Shown: in pieces, positions 18,943 through 29,025 of the stretch
Layout: each line of letters opens with the position of its first letter
Position numbering within the stretch: position 1 is the stretch's first letter
Origin: an uncultured delta proteobacterium
GTDB taxonomy: Bacteria; Desulfobacterota; Binatia; UBA9968
Direction: 5' to 3'
DNA length: 64,000 nt
Assembly (NCBI GenBank): GCA_963816145.1
Contig: CAWFJP010000011.1
Span: 64,001-128,000 of the forward strand
Made by a program: the position numbers and the translations under genes
The notes under the pieces: generated by a model
Seen by the model: only the letters and a program-made list of their open reading frames with translations
Told to the model about the DNA's origin: nothing
Databases searched by the model: none

Positions 18943-18964
18943 TTACGTTCGAGAACTAAATCTT

Positions 18965-20407
18965 ATGGCCTACGATAACCTAGCAGAGTTCGTGCAGATT
19001 TTGGAGCGCGCCGGCGAGTTGAAGCGGATCTCTCACCCGGTCAATGCCGAGCTCGAAATCACCGAGATCGCCGACCGCGTCATGAAAGCCGCCGGGCCGG
19101 CGTTGCTCTTTGAAAACGTCGTCGGCAAAACCATTCCGCTGCTGATCAACGCCTTCGGTTCGACCAAGCGGATGGCGTTGGCCTTAGGTGTAAATGACAT
19201 CGAGGAGATCGCCGCGGCGATCTCTAAGCTAATCCAGACGCGCCCGCCTAAAAATTTCAAAGACAAGCTGGGGCTGCTCGGCGAGCTGGTGAAGCTGGCC
19301 GGCATTCCGCCCAGGATCGTCAAAGAAGCGGCGTGCCAGGATGTCGTGATTCGGGATCCCGACCTGAACTTGCTGCCGGTGCTAACCTGCTGGCCGGGCG
19401 ATGCTGGGCCGTTTATTACGTTGCCAATGGTCTTTTCCAAAGATCCCGGCAAGGGCACGAGAAACGTCGGCCTCTATCGCATGCAGGTCTTCGATCGGCG
19501 AACTACCGGCATGCATTGGCATCTGCACAAAGTCGGCGCCCGCCACTTTCAGCAACAGAAAGAGAACAAGGGCAAATTAGAATTGGCCGTTTGCCTCGGC
19601 GGCGATCCGGCGATGATCTACGCCGCCACAGCACCGCTGCCACCGCAGATCGATGAAATCCTCTTCACCGGCTTCTTGCGTAAAAAAGGGCTCGATCTCG
19701 TCAAAGGCGTAACCGTCGATGTTGAAGTCCCCGCCAACTCGGACATCGTCATCGAGGGCTACGTCGACCCTGCAGAGCCGCTTCGGCGCGAAGGTCCCTT
19801 TGGCGACCACACCGGCTTTTATTCGCTGGCGGACGACTATCCGGTGTTTCACGTCACCTGCATCACCCATAGGAAAAACCCGATCTATCCGACCACCATT
19901 GTCGGCCGGCCGCCGATGGAGGACGCCTACCTCGGCAAAGCCACCGAACGACTATTTTTACCGCTCTTGCGCGTCACCCTGCCCGAGATCGTCGACATGA
20001 ATCTACCCGTGCATGGGGTGTTTCATAACTTGGCGATTATCTCGATCAAGAAAGAATATCCGGCCCACGCGCGCAAAGTCATGCACGCCCTATGGGGCTT
20101 GGGCCAGATGATGTTCACCAAGACGCTCATCGTCGTCGACCACGATGTCAATGTGCATGATCTAGCCGAAGTCACCTGGGTGGTCGGCAATCACATCGAG
20201 CCCAAACGCGACGTTATCTTCTCCGACGGACCGGTCGATGTTCTCGACCATGCCGCGCCGATGCTCGGCTACGGCTCCAAGCTCGGCATCGATGCGACGC
20301 GCAAATGGCGCAGCGAGGGGTTCGAGCGGGAGTGGCCCGGCGCCATCATCATGGACGAGAAAACGAAAAACTACATCGATTCGATATGGGACAAATTAGG
20401 CATATGA
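18965..20407 (+). CDS. mqnL: UbiD-family menaquinone biosynthesis decarboxylase (futalosine pathway)
   Basis: NVGLYRMQ, TTGMHW, EGPFGDHTG, GRPPMED and KATERLFLP motifs; stop overlaps start of the UbiA-family gene. Confidence 0.8.
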   Translation: MAYDNLAEFVQILERAGELKRISHPVNAELEITEIADRVMKAAGPALLFENVVGKTIPLLINAFGSTKRMALALGVNDIEEIAAAISKLIQTRPPKNFKDKLGLLGELVKLAGIPPRIVKEAACQDVVIRDPDLNLLPVLTCWPGDAGPFITLPMVFSKDPGKGTRNVGLYRMQVFDRRTTGMHWHLHKVGARHFQQQKENKGKLELAVCLGGDPAMIYAATAPLPPQIDEILFTGFLRKKGLDLVKGVTVDVEVPANSDIVIEGYVDPAEPLRREGPFGDHTGFYSLADDYPVFHVTCITHRKNPIYPTTIVGRPPMEDAYLGKATERLFLPLLRVTLPEIVDMNLPVHGVFHNLAIISIKKEYPAHARKVMHALWGLGQMMFTKTLIVVDHDVNVHDLAEVTWVVGNHIEPKRDVIFSDGPVDVLDHAAPMLGYGSKLGIDATRKWRSEGFEREWPGAIIMDEKTKNYIDSIWDKLGI

Positions 20408-21318
20408 CCGACGCGGCGTTCCGACCATCCAAAATCCAAAATCTAAAATCCAAAATTAGCTCATACGGCAGTTTGGTGCGCTTCTCCCATACCGTGTTCG
20501 CGCTTCCCTTCGCCCTGGCATCGATCGCTCTGGCGTGGCCGCGACATCCGGTGACGCCACGCGGCCTGCTGTGGGTACTGGTTGCCATGGTTGGCGCGCG
20601 CACAGCGGCGATGGGCTTCAACCGGCTCGCTGATCGAAAATTCGACTCGTTGAATCCACGCACGAAGAACTGGGAATTGCCCCAAAGAAAAGTGAAGGTC
20701 GGCGAAGCCATCGTGCTGACAGCCTTGGCTTCGGCGGTCTTCATTCTGGCCGCCTATGAGCTCAACTGGCTTTGTTTTGTCTTATCGCCGGTTGCCCTGG
20801 CAATTGTGTTTTTCTACTCGCTCACCAAAAGATTTACCTGGGCCTCCCATCTGTTTCTTGGCCTCGCCTTAGCCGTCGCGCCGGTTGGCGCATGGCTGGC
20901 GGTCGCCCAACCGCCCTTTGAGGTCGCCGAACTCCAGGTGCCCGTCTATCTAGGACTGGCAGTGGTATTTTGGCTTGCCGGCTTCGATATTATCTATTCG
21001 CTGCAAGACCGCGAGTTTGACGACAAGATAGGCCTCCAGTCGATACCGGTTCGCTTCGGTGTCAGCGGCGCGCTGCGCTTGTCGAGTGTGTTTCATTTTT
21101 GCACTGTAGTGTTTTTCGGATTGGTCGGGCTAACGGCAGAGCTAGGCGTCATCTACTGGGCTGGTTGCGCCTGCGTTTCAATCATTTTGTTCTGGGAACA
21201 CCGCATCGTGCGACCGCACGACTTAGGCAAAATCAATCGCGCCTTCTTTGATTTCAACGCCTACGTGAGCTTGGGTTATTTGATCACGATCATTGCCGAT
21301 TTGAACCTGCGCCTATAG
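20404..21318 (+). CDS. mqnP: UbiA-family polyprenyltransferase (MqnP-like)
   Basis: FSHTVFALPF, ARTAAMGFNRLADRKFDSLNPRT, YSLTKRFT and GFDIIYSLQD motifs. Confidence 0.82.
   Translation: MTDAAFRPSKIQNLKSKISSYGSLVRFSHTVFALPFALASIALAWPRHPVTPRGLLWVLVAMVGARTAAMGFNRLADRKFDSLNPRTKNWELPQRKVKVGEAIVLTALASAVFILAAYELNWLCFVLSPVALAIVFFYSLTKRFTWASHLFLGLALAVAPVGAWLAVAQPPFEVAELQVPVYLGLAVVFWLAGFDIIYSLQDREFDDKIGLQSIPVRFGVSGALRLSSVFHFCTVVFFGLVGLTAELGVIYWAGCACVSIILFWEHRIVRPHDLGKINRAFFDFNAYVSLGYLITIIADLNLRL
20427..20457 (+). repeat. Heptamer tandem repeat AAAATCY inside the 5' end of mqnP
   Basis: atcc-aaaatcc-aaaatct-aaaatcc-aaaatt, encoding SKIQNLKSKI. Confidence 0.8.
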
Positions 21319-21395
21319 CGTAACCGTCACCGCCCGAACCACCGACTCCGTCGCGTTCAGAAAATCGCGTTCGCCGTCAGACCAGTGAGTTCCCT

Positions 21396-22217
21396 ATGAT
21401 TGAATACTTCGCCATATTTGCCATCGGCTTTGCGGTTAGCGCTTTCGGCACCCTGGTTGGTTTTGGCGGTGGAGTTTTCATGGTGCCGATTCTGACGTTG
21501 GTTTTTCAATTGCCGATTCAGTTGGCGATCGGCTGCGTCATCATGGCGCTGTTTCCCTCAGCTTTGTTGTCGACAGTCCATAATACGCGGCGCGGCTTGA
21601 TCGATTTCACCGTCGGCATCATGCTGGAAATTCCTACCGTCATCGGCACCGTCATCGGCGCCCGGCTCACCAACCTGCTGCCGACGGAACAACTTGAAGT
21701 ACTCTTTAGCGTCATGATTATTATTGTCGGCGCGACCATGCTTCGGGAACAGCCGGACGCCGCCCCAGCGCCGCTCGGTTTTTTCAGGAAAATGAATGAG
21801 CTGCCGCCGCGGTTCCAGCGCAAGACCGCGGCCGGAACCTACCGGATGAGCGGCTTGACGGTGACGCTCTTTGGCCTTATCTCGGGGTTGATCGCCGGTT
21901 TGTTCGGCATTGGCGGCGGGTTCATCAAAGGGCCGCTAATGGTGCTCGGCTTCGGTATTCCAGCGCGCATTGCCGCACCGACAGCGTTGTTCATGATTGT
22001 GATCACCAGCGCGGTAGGATCGACTTCGCACTACCTGCTTGGCCATATTCAGTGGCAAATCGGCCTCCTGCTGGTCGTGTCGTTTACACTCGGCGCCCTG
22101 TTTGGCAATTATCGGGCGCGGGTGATTTCGGAAAAGAGACTTATCAAGTATATCGGTTTTGGACTGATCGCGGCCGGGATTTCCATGGCCGTTTCGGTCG
22201 TCGCGCACCTGGTCTGA
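21396..22217 (+). CDS. TauE/SafE (TSUP) family exporter
   Basis: Two repeats of the GxGGG motif (GFGGGVFMVP, GIGGGFIKGP); about 8 TM helices. Confidence 0.85.
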   Translation: MIEYFAIFAIGFAVSAFGTLVGFGGGVFMVPILTLVFQLPIQLAIGCVIMALFPSALLSTVHNTRRGLIDFTVGIMLEIPTVIGTVIGARLTNLLPTEQLEVLFSVMIIIVGATMLREQPDAAPAPLGFFRKMNELPPRFQRKTAAGTYRMSGLTVTLFGLISGLIAGLFGIGGGFIKGPLMVLGFGIPARIAAPTALFMIVITSAVGSTSHYLLGHIQWQIGLLLVVSFTLGALFGNYRARVISEKRLIKYIGFGLIAAGISMAVSVVAHLV

Positions 22218-22524
22218 ATGCTGCTCGGGTGGGCAATTTCATATGTCTCCCCTTACCGATCTCCATTCTGAAGTTCCGACACACATCGCAAGCGGCAGCA
22301 GTCCGATCATCGCCATGATCAACTCTTCCGCCGCCTTTCTTGGCAAGCTGTTGATCGATCAGATACCCTTCCTGCTAACCTTCGTCGTCGTGGTGGGTGC
22401 GGCGCTGGGTGCGATCGGCGGCGAACGAGTTCATCGACAGCTCTCCCGCGCGACACTTCGGCGAATCTACGCCACTTTGGTGACCACAATTGCTTTGAGA
22501 GTCTGGCTGACACTACTTGCGTAG
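22218..22524 (+). pseudogene. Decayed C-terminal fragment of a second TauE/SafE gene
   Basis: GNFICLPLPISILK / frameshift near 22271 / VPTHIASGSS...GKLLIDQIPF...GAIGGERV...LRRIYATLV resembles the second half of TSUP proteins; no N-terminal half. Confidence 0.6.
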
Positions 22525-22691
22525 TTATCTTCTTCGAGCATCCGAATTTCAAACCGACACAGCAGAGAAACTTTGACGGCTTGGGAACTGTCAAGATCGC
22601 AAACGGGGATCGCAAACGGGGGTTGCTGTCGGTGGGGTTGTATTGCTATTGTATGACCTAGCCTATCCTTATTCGTCTCAAGGAGGATGCC

Positions 22692-23333
22692 ATGAAAGTT
22701 CACGCCGCATTATTAGGATTGTTTTTAACAATCTCGGTTAGTGGCTGCGCGAGCCTGCAGGTTGGCAGCGATTTCCAAGCTGGCCGCAACGCGCTCCTGA
22801 CCGGCAAAACCGAAGTCGCACTATCCTATTTTCAAGGCGTCGCCGAAAAAGACCCTAGCTATATTTACGGCACGGCATATCACGAGGGGGTGTTGGGTTT
22901 TCTCGGCCGCACTCAATATACCCTCGGCCAACTGCCGCAAGCACAGAAAACCCTGGAGCGTGCGATTGCTCTGAACCAGAATGACACGTCGGCACGGCTC
23001 TACCTTGGCTTAACGCTCGCCCGCTCGGATGACCGGCAAGGCGGTTTGACTGAGATCGAAAGCAGCATGAAAGCCATTCATGACTTCTTGGAGTATGTGA
23101 CCCAGGCGTTTCGCTTCTCCTTCGGCCAATATTGGGACCCGACGCGGCAAATTCGCTCGGCGATTGAAAGTAACCTGGCGATGATCCGCAGCAAGGAGAT
23201 TGTTTGGCCAAGACTCATTGCCGATGGTGAATGGCTCGGCAAGGAGATCGACGAGGAGATCGACCGGGCCCGCTACGACGAGATACGCGATCGCAGCCGC
23301 GAAAACGACGGCGGTGGCGATAGCCACCCGTGA
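22692..23333 (+). CDS. TPR-containing lipoprotein
   Basis: AGGAGG RBS, lipobox VSGC, TPR-like helices. Confidence 0.8.
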   Translation: MKVHAALLGLFLTISVSGCASLQVGSDFQAGRNALLTGKTEVALSYFQGVAEKDPSYIYGTAYHEGVLGFLGRTQYTLGQLPQAQKTLERAIALNQNDTSARLYLGLTLARSDDRQGGLTEIESSMKAIHDFLEYVTQAFRFSFGQYWDPTRQIRSAIESNLAMIRSKEIVWPRLIADGEWLGKEIDEEIDRARYDEIRDRSRENDGGGDSHP

Positions 23334-23571
23334 TCTGTTTTCGGCGGCCAAGAAGTATCACGCCTGAAGAGAGCTGCAATCATTGAATTGAGAAAGCGGG
23401 TAGGCGCCGAACTGTAAGTACGCCTGGTTAGGACAGCGGCAGGTTGCCTTCGCAGAGACCAGGCAACGCACCGCTGGTTTGTTGTTGCTCAGAGATAATA
23501 TCTCGAGATCGCAATACGCGAGTGATCGGTCTCTGCCCGAAACCAAGGCTAACTTTGGAATTTAGGTTCAG

Positions 23572-24198
23572 TTACCCGCCGTACAGCGGTCGGGTATTTT
23601 GGATTCTGGTGTTTCGCTGATGATTTACTTCGTCGTCGACTAGCAACATCAAGCGATCGGTTGCCGAGATGATATTATCTTTTTCTTCAATTCCCTTAGT
23701 TATCAAAAAGGCCGAGCGCCTGATTTGCGCATGGATGAGCCCACGGGTGTCGAAATAAATAAAATTCTGATAACCGTCAACCATCACTTTGCTGGCCAGG
23801 GTGAGCCCGCCTTTTAGGCTTTCAATGCCAGCGTCAAGCTGGCCTAAACGCAACTGCGTAAGGCCGAAGGCGATCCAGGCCATCTCATCTTCTTTATTGA
23901 CAACCAGGGCGCGCTGAAGAATGGCATGGGCCGGTTGGAACTTATTGGTGCGGTAATAGGCGCGGCCCAGATACGTGAGACTATCTTTATACGTGGGATC
24001 CTGAGAGACCACCGTTTCTAAAGCGGTGATCGCTAACTCCATATCTCCGCTCCGGCCGCGGAGAAACTGCTCCTTGCCCTCTTCGTAGCGCCCGCCGACA
24101 CCCAAGCGCGGAACCGCATGGTTACAGGCGAAACTCATAAACACCAACGACAGAACACAAACCACAGATTGACGGTTCAACCGTTGCATTGATTTCAT
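23572..24198 (-). CDS. TPR-containing lipoprotein, distant paralog of 22692-23333
   Basis: Lipobox SFAC; DPTY..LGRAYY TPR pattern aligns by eye with the convergent neighbour. Confidence 0.75.
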   Translation of the reverse strand: MKSMQRLNRQSVVCVLSLVFMSFACNHAVPRLGVGGRYEEGKEQFLRGRSGDMELAITALETVVSQDPTYKDSLTYLGRAYYRTNKFQPAHAILQRALVVNKEDEMAWIAFGLTQLRLGQLDAGIESLKGGLTLASKVMVDGYQNFIYFDTRGLIHAQIRRSAFLITKGIEEKDNIISATDRLMLLVDDEVNHQRNTRIQNTRPLYGG

Positions 24199-24424
24199 CG
24201 TCCTCTTAATCAAGGTATCCGGATCGCAAGCATTTCATCGTCATCACTCAGCTGCAGAATCGTTCGTTCGTCAATTATTACCAATAAGAAAAGACTACTG
24301 CAACGCCGCCGATTCTCGTGCTCGGAATAATTGTACCGGATAACTTCGGCACCGCAACAAAATGTGTACTTACTATCGCTCGCTTCACTGGTCTTGTTGC
24401 AGAAAATCAATGTCAGGGACAAAT

Positions 24425-24460
24425 AAAAAGGGGGAAGCCCGTTAGGATTTCCCCCTTTTT
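24425..24460. terminator. Intrinsic terminator (potentially bidirectional) downstream of the porin gene
   Basis: AAAAAGGGGGAA-gcccgttaggat-TTCCCCCTTTTT. Confidence 0.8.
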
Positions 24461-24481
24461 GGTTAAGATTCTAAGTTTAGC

Positions 24482-26009
24482 TTAGAATGTGTAACGCCAG
24501 TTCAGAGCCACCGTTACCCAATCGCCGCCTACGCCACGCCGGCAATCGGTCGCGCCAAGATTTCCTACTTTGTCACAAACCCCAAGTTGATATCCAGCTT
24601 GGTTGGTGCGGTTACCCAAGTTCGAGGCGTCATACCACAAGAAGTTCGCGCCTATGCTCATGCGCGGGGCGATGAAATACCATATATCCCACTCACGGAG
24701 CAATATGCGGTTACGGTGGAATTGGCCCAGCAGCGTAGTAGGGCCACCGCAAGCAAGAGCACCGAAATCATTACAACTACTTGATATGTCGGTCCGCTCA
24801 AAGTGCGTGCCGACTAGGACTGAGCCGGTTTGGGTTGCCGACCCAGTCAGCCAGCCCTTCGGGCTCCACAGAAACAGGTCGTGACCGATCAACCAGTCAT
24901 GGGCGCGCTTCTTACCAACCGTGCCGCCATCGTCACTGGCCTGCAAAAACTGAGTCATGGCGCGCAGGGTATAGGGCCCCACGTTCCACACCAAGCCTGG
25001 TCCAATCGCGATAGCGGTTCCTTTACCCACGCTGCCCGCCCCGGTGTCAAACAAGGTCGTCCGGCCGCCGTCGCCATGATCCTGAATCCGGAAGCGGTCG
25101 AGGCAGACGGCGGAGTCAGATCGGTTGTCGTTGTTACAGAACCAGGCGCCAGTCTCAAAGGTCAAGCCGCTGATCCATTTGTTCTTGACTTGCGAGAACG
25201 GCTGGATATTGCCGTACACGTTGAACGACTGACGGTCCGACGTGGTCTGCGTGCCGTCGTCGCCTTCGGCGATTGTCGACATGCTGAATTGCAGCCTGCC
25301 GATGCGGCCGGGGATGAAAATGCCGCTTAGATCTTTGTCATCCCAGTTGAGCACGAAACCGCTGCCCGCGCGACCGGTGTTGAAACCGTTGTTGCGGCTG
25401 AGCAAGTCATACTCCATCTGTGCGCCGGTGGCTACCCGAGCCCTGACGCGACAAGCTGCTGCCTGAGGCAGTTGAGATATCCATACCGAACTGCACGGTC
25501 GGCAACCATGGGCTGATGTTCTCGCCATGGAAATTGACCGCGCCACGCTGCAACATGGAACCTACGCCGGTGGCTTGGTTGTTCTTGCCGTTACCCGTGC
25601 CCCAACCGTCGAGGTCGAGAGTCGCCTCGATTTCCCACAAGCAGTTATTGATGCAGTAAAAAATCCCAGGGCGGAAACGCCGGCCCATGAGCTGGCCGTT
25701 GGTCCGACCGGTTTGGTCGCGCCCGTTCTCAAAATTGTAGCGGAAGTGGGTTTCAGCAGTGAACCGCAGCCCCCACGCCTTGTCCGCTGCTTCGATATTC
25801 ACACCGTTGCCGGGACGATACGAAAACGAGGGCATCGCTGCTGCCGCCGCCGTCGCCTCCTTCTTCAGCTCGATCTGCTGTTCTTTTAGCTGCTGGAGTT
25901 CTTGCTCGAGCACACTGATCTTCTCACTGACGCTCTGGGCTTGAACCGTCCCCGCAGTTAAAAGGAAAGCAGCTAGCATGCTGGCTAACCACATTTTCTT
26001 TCTCATCAT
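24482..26009 (-). pseudogene. Outer-membrane porin-like beta-barrel split by a single-base frameshift near 25432-25440
   Basis: The 25407-26009 ORF has a signal peptide, coiled coil and barrel strands; the 24482-25546 ORF ends in WRYTF (C-terminal Phe). Removing 1 nt joins ...RQGSG to ATGAQMEYDLL. Confidence 0.75.
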
Positions 26010-26367
26010 TGCCTCCTTTTGCCTCCCTGAAAATAAATATTTTTTTCATTAAACAGTGGAAATTGCCTGCAAATTAATGGGCAAATTCGACTGTTCCGAA
26101 TGGTTGTACTCGAATTTTCCCTATTCCGACAATAGGACGTTCGGATGATTTTAGGCTAGAAATCCTATGAGACCATCAAATCGGTAGTACCTTAGTATGA
26201 CGTCTGCGGCGTTCGGGGGGATTTTGCAGCTATTTAGGCGAGAAAAAGCGCCACCGGCTTGGCCTTTAGCCTCAATTTGGACGAGTTGGGGGGCACCGAG
26301 CCGGCCTTGGTTTATTGCGTAATTTATGCGACTTAGGAGCTGAAGCCTGATTCATTTTTTGCGATTT

Positions 26368-26838
26368 ATGAAGGCAAAGAAGCGAAGTATCTACGTAGTA
26401 ACCAAATGGCTCGCCATCGCCGGGTACTTGGCGCTGGCTTCCTGCGCACCACGGGTCGTCGAGATGAACCCGCTGCGGGGGATGCCTGGCGACACAGTCG
26501 GTCTGTCGATGGAGTACCTCGTCGGTTGGCCGCGCGTGGAGATTGGCAGCGTCATGATGGATTGGCCGCAGCTCAGGCTTCAGGCCACCGATGCCAATCG
26601 TAAAGATGTTCCCGGCGAAGAGCTCATTTGGATCGAAGATAAGATTTTATATTTCAAGATTCCCGAGCTTACGCCCGGCGATTATAAAGTCACCATCCAC
26701 GACGATAAGGGACCTCCCGGCGATTTGATTTATTCGTTCCTCGAGACCACCGCCTACCTCGTCTTCCCACCGGTTTGGCCTTTCGTCTTGCGCTCCAATC
26801 AAGCAGAGGTTGACTTGCGTGTGCTACCAAAAAATTAG
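26368..26838 (+). CDS. Hypothetical lipoprotein
   Basis: Basic N-terminus, lipobox LASC, beta-rich body. Confidence 0.6.
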   Translation: MKAKKRSIYVVTKWLAIAGYLALASCAPRVVEMNPLRGMPGDTVGLSMEYLVGWPRVEIGSVMMDWPQLRLQATDANRKDVPGEELIWIEDKILYFKIPELTPGDYKVTIHDDKGPPGDLIYSFLETTAYLVFPPVWPFVLRSNQAEVDLRVLPKN

Positions 26839-27020
26839 CGACACCGACTGCATCGGTACAATGTCGAATCGTGAACTCATAGAGATGATTGCCGTACGTC
26901 GAGAAAACTCGAGGCGTTAGGGAGACCGCTTAAGGTTTGCGACACTGCGCCAAATCCTTGACTCACGCGCTCGTCAATGTATGGTAAACTGAAACCGGTC
27001 AGAAAAGGGGGCTTGATTCT

Positions 27021-28880
27021 ATGTGGAAGAAAACCGCTATAATTCTCATGTCGACCTACTTACTGGCATCCGGTTGCTCGTCGGTTTCTTTGCCGTCGAT
27101 GCCATGGTCCGGTTCGGCTGCGAATGCCGATCCAACGGCCGAGGCGCTTTTCGAAGAAGGCGTGCGCAATTTCAATGACAAGAAGTATGTCCGCGCCATC
27201 GATAGCTTCACGAAAATCAAGACCGATTATCCCTTCAGCCCGCTGGTGCCCGAGGCTGAATTGAAAGCTGCAGATGCGTTCTATTTGAATGAGCAGTATC
27301 CCGAGGCGGTCAACCTGTTTAAAGAGTTCCAGTCCCTCCATCCGACCAGCGAGCATAACGCCTTCGTGACTTTGCGCCTCGGGCAAGCCTATTTCGACCA
27401 GTTTACCGGCGTCGACCGTGATCAGAAAAACACCGAACTCGCCAAGGGTTATTTTGAGGCGGTGATCACCAACTATCCGAAGTCGCCGCAAGCCGCCATC
27501 GCCAAAGAAAAACTCGCGCAAGCCGTCGAATACCTCGCGGAACATGAGTTCATCGCCGCGCAATTTTATTTCCAACAGCAAAAATATGCCGCCGCGCGCG
27601 ACCGTTTCGAGGAAATCGTACGCAAGTACAGAGACACACCGACAGCGGTAAAAAGTCTGTTCTTTTTGGGCGAAAGCTACCGCCTGGAGAAAAATAGCCT
27701 GCGCGCGACGCTCGCATACGAAGCACTGATTCAGCGCTATCCGCAGAGTAAGTACGCCGCCGACGCGCGAATACAAATGGCCCTGGTGGAGAAAGAAAAA
27801 CGCGATCCGCTGGATCTCCTGTTAATGCGCGATCGCCGCCCTGGAGGCGCCCCCGCGCCGGAAGTAAAGGAAGATCCGGCGCTGGCCAAACTCAAGGATT
27901 TAAATCTGGTAGCCAAGAAGGAGGTAGTCTACGAGGAACCAGGTGCGGAAAAAGGATTTTTCAAGCGCTTTACCGAGAAGATAAACCCGTTCTCGTCCTC
28001 GACTCCTAGCGCGCCAAAGCCGGAGGAGAGTGCCCTGGACATGGTCGCCAAGAAAAACGAAGCAGCCAAACAGGATTCCGGCGGTATCTTATCGTCGCTC
28101 TGGCCCTTCGGTAGCAAAGAAACTACTAAACCGGCTAAGGGCGGTGAAACCGAAACCAGCGGTCTTGTTGCCGGAATCGACCAGTCATTGAATCAAAAGG
28201 GCATCGACTCCCAGTCGCGCCAGGCGACGCTAAAAGCGCCGGCGGCGGATTTGCCAAAGCCGGAACCGGCAGCACCACCGCCGACAGATACCCGTGTGCT
28301 TTTAGGCTCCATTGACGCCAACCTCCAAAAAAGCGGCACAAACCCGAGCCAAATGCCCCAGGCGCCGGCTGCCGCAGCCGCATTCAACGACATCTCAGCG
28401 GTCAAGGCCGCCGTTGCAGCGAGCGAGAAAACACCAAGCCCGCCAACGAGCGAAGTTCTAAGCAGCATCGATCAGAAGTTGCGCGCTAAAGGGGTCGAGC
28501 CGGCAAAATTTGAAGCCCCGCCTCCAGTGCCGGCCAAAGGAGACACGGCGCCAAAACCGCAACCGCGGACGGTTGAGTTAGAACCTAAGCTGACGGTCGA
28601 AAAGGGGCCGCTGTTTTTGAGTCCCGGCGATGCGCCGGTTCCGCCAACGGCAACACAAGAACCCAACAACGCTCCGTCGCCGGCAAGCGAACCCAAGCAG
28701 GAAATCGCTTCACGACCTTTGGTGAAAGGGCCCATTCAAGCTCAGGCCGCCGCGCCAAGCCCGAAGCCAGCGGCGCCGAGAAACCCAGGATCCACAGAAG
28801 AGGGCAGCACCAACGTCTTTGGCCAGATCCAGCAGGATCTTGAGAAGGCGAGCAAGATTCTCAATCCGTTCAGCTGGTAA
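27021..28880 (+). CDS. bamD: Outer membrane protein assembly factor BamD with long Pro/Ala-rich C-terminal extension
   Basis: Lipobox ASGC; YPFSP, DRDQ, LAEHE..AQFY and AARDRFEE motifs in the first ~260 aa; about 350 aa low-complexity tail. Confidence 0.85.
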   Translation: MWKKTAIILMSTYLLASGCSSVSLPSMPWSGSAANADPTAEALFEEGVRNFNDKKYVRAIDSFTKIKTDYPFSPLVPEAELKAADAFYLNEQYPEAVNLFKEFQSLHPTSEHNAFVTLRLGQAYFDQFTGVDRDQKNTELAKGYFEAVITNYPKSPQAAIAKEKLAQAVEYLAEHEFIAAQFYFQQQKYAAARDRFEEIVRKYRDTPTAVKSLFFLGESYRLEKNSLRATLAYEALIQRYPQSKYAADARIQMALVEKEKRDPLDLLLMRDRRPGGAPAPEVKEDPALAKLKDLNLVAKKEVVYEEPGAEKGFFKRFTEKINPFSSSTPSAPKPEESALDMVAKKNEAAKQDSGGILSSLWPFGSKETTKPAKGGETETSGLVAGIDQSLNQKGIDSQSRQATLKAPAADLPKPEPAAPPPTDTRVLLGSIDANLQKSGTNPSQMPQAPAAAAAFNDISAVKAAVAASEKTPSPPTSEVLSSIDQKLRAKGVEPAKFEAPPPVPAKGDTAPKPQPRTVELEPKLTVEKGPLFLSPGDAPVPPTATQEPNNAPSPASEPKQEIASRPLVKGPIQAQAAAPSPKPAAPRNPGSTEEGSTNVFGQIQQDLEKASKILNPFSW

Positions 28881-29025
28881 TAACCTGGGCACAGAGAATC
28901 CGGATTAAAATCAGCTCTCTCTTTAGTTGGGTGAGGAGTGTCCCGCCTGCGACGGTAGGTCTGGAGGCTCCGCTTTTTCAACAACCGCGCGACCTTACTA
29001 GCTCAGTCCAACTCGCCGGATAATT

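Noticed and set aside
18776-18964. 63-aa N-terminal extension of MqnL from the ORF track
   Set aside because: It overlaps the opposite-strand TMTC-like gene; family similarity starts at MAYDNL (18965).
25407-25445. Programmed frameshift or phase variation in the porin
   Set aside because: No slippery heptamer or long homopolymer at the junction; only a GGG run.
26060-26090. Sigma-54 promoter upstream of the porin
   Set aside because: TTGC is present on the minus strand but the invariant GG at -24 is not.
28900-29020. ncRNA or IS end (TTTTTCAACAACC) between bamD and the MFP gene
   Set aside because: Only one IS-like end with no partner, and no recognisable RNA family.
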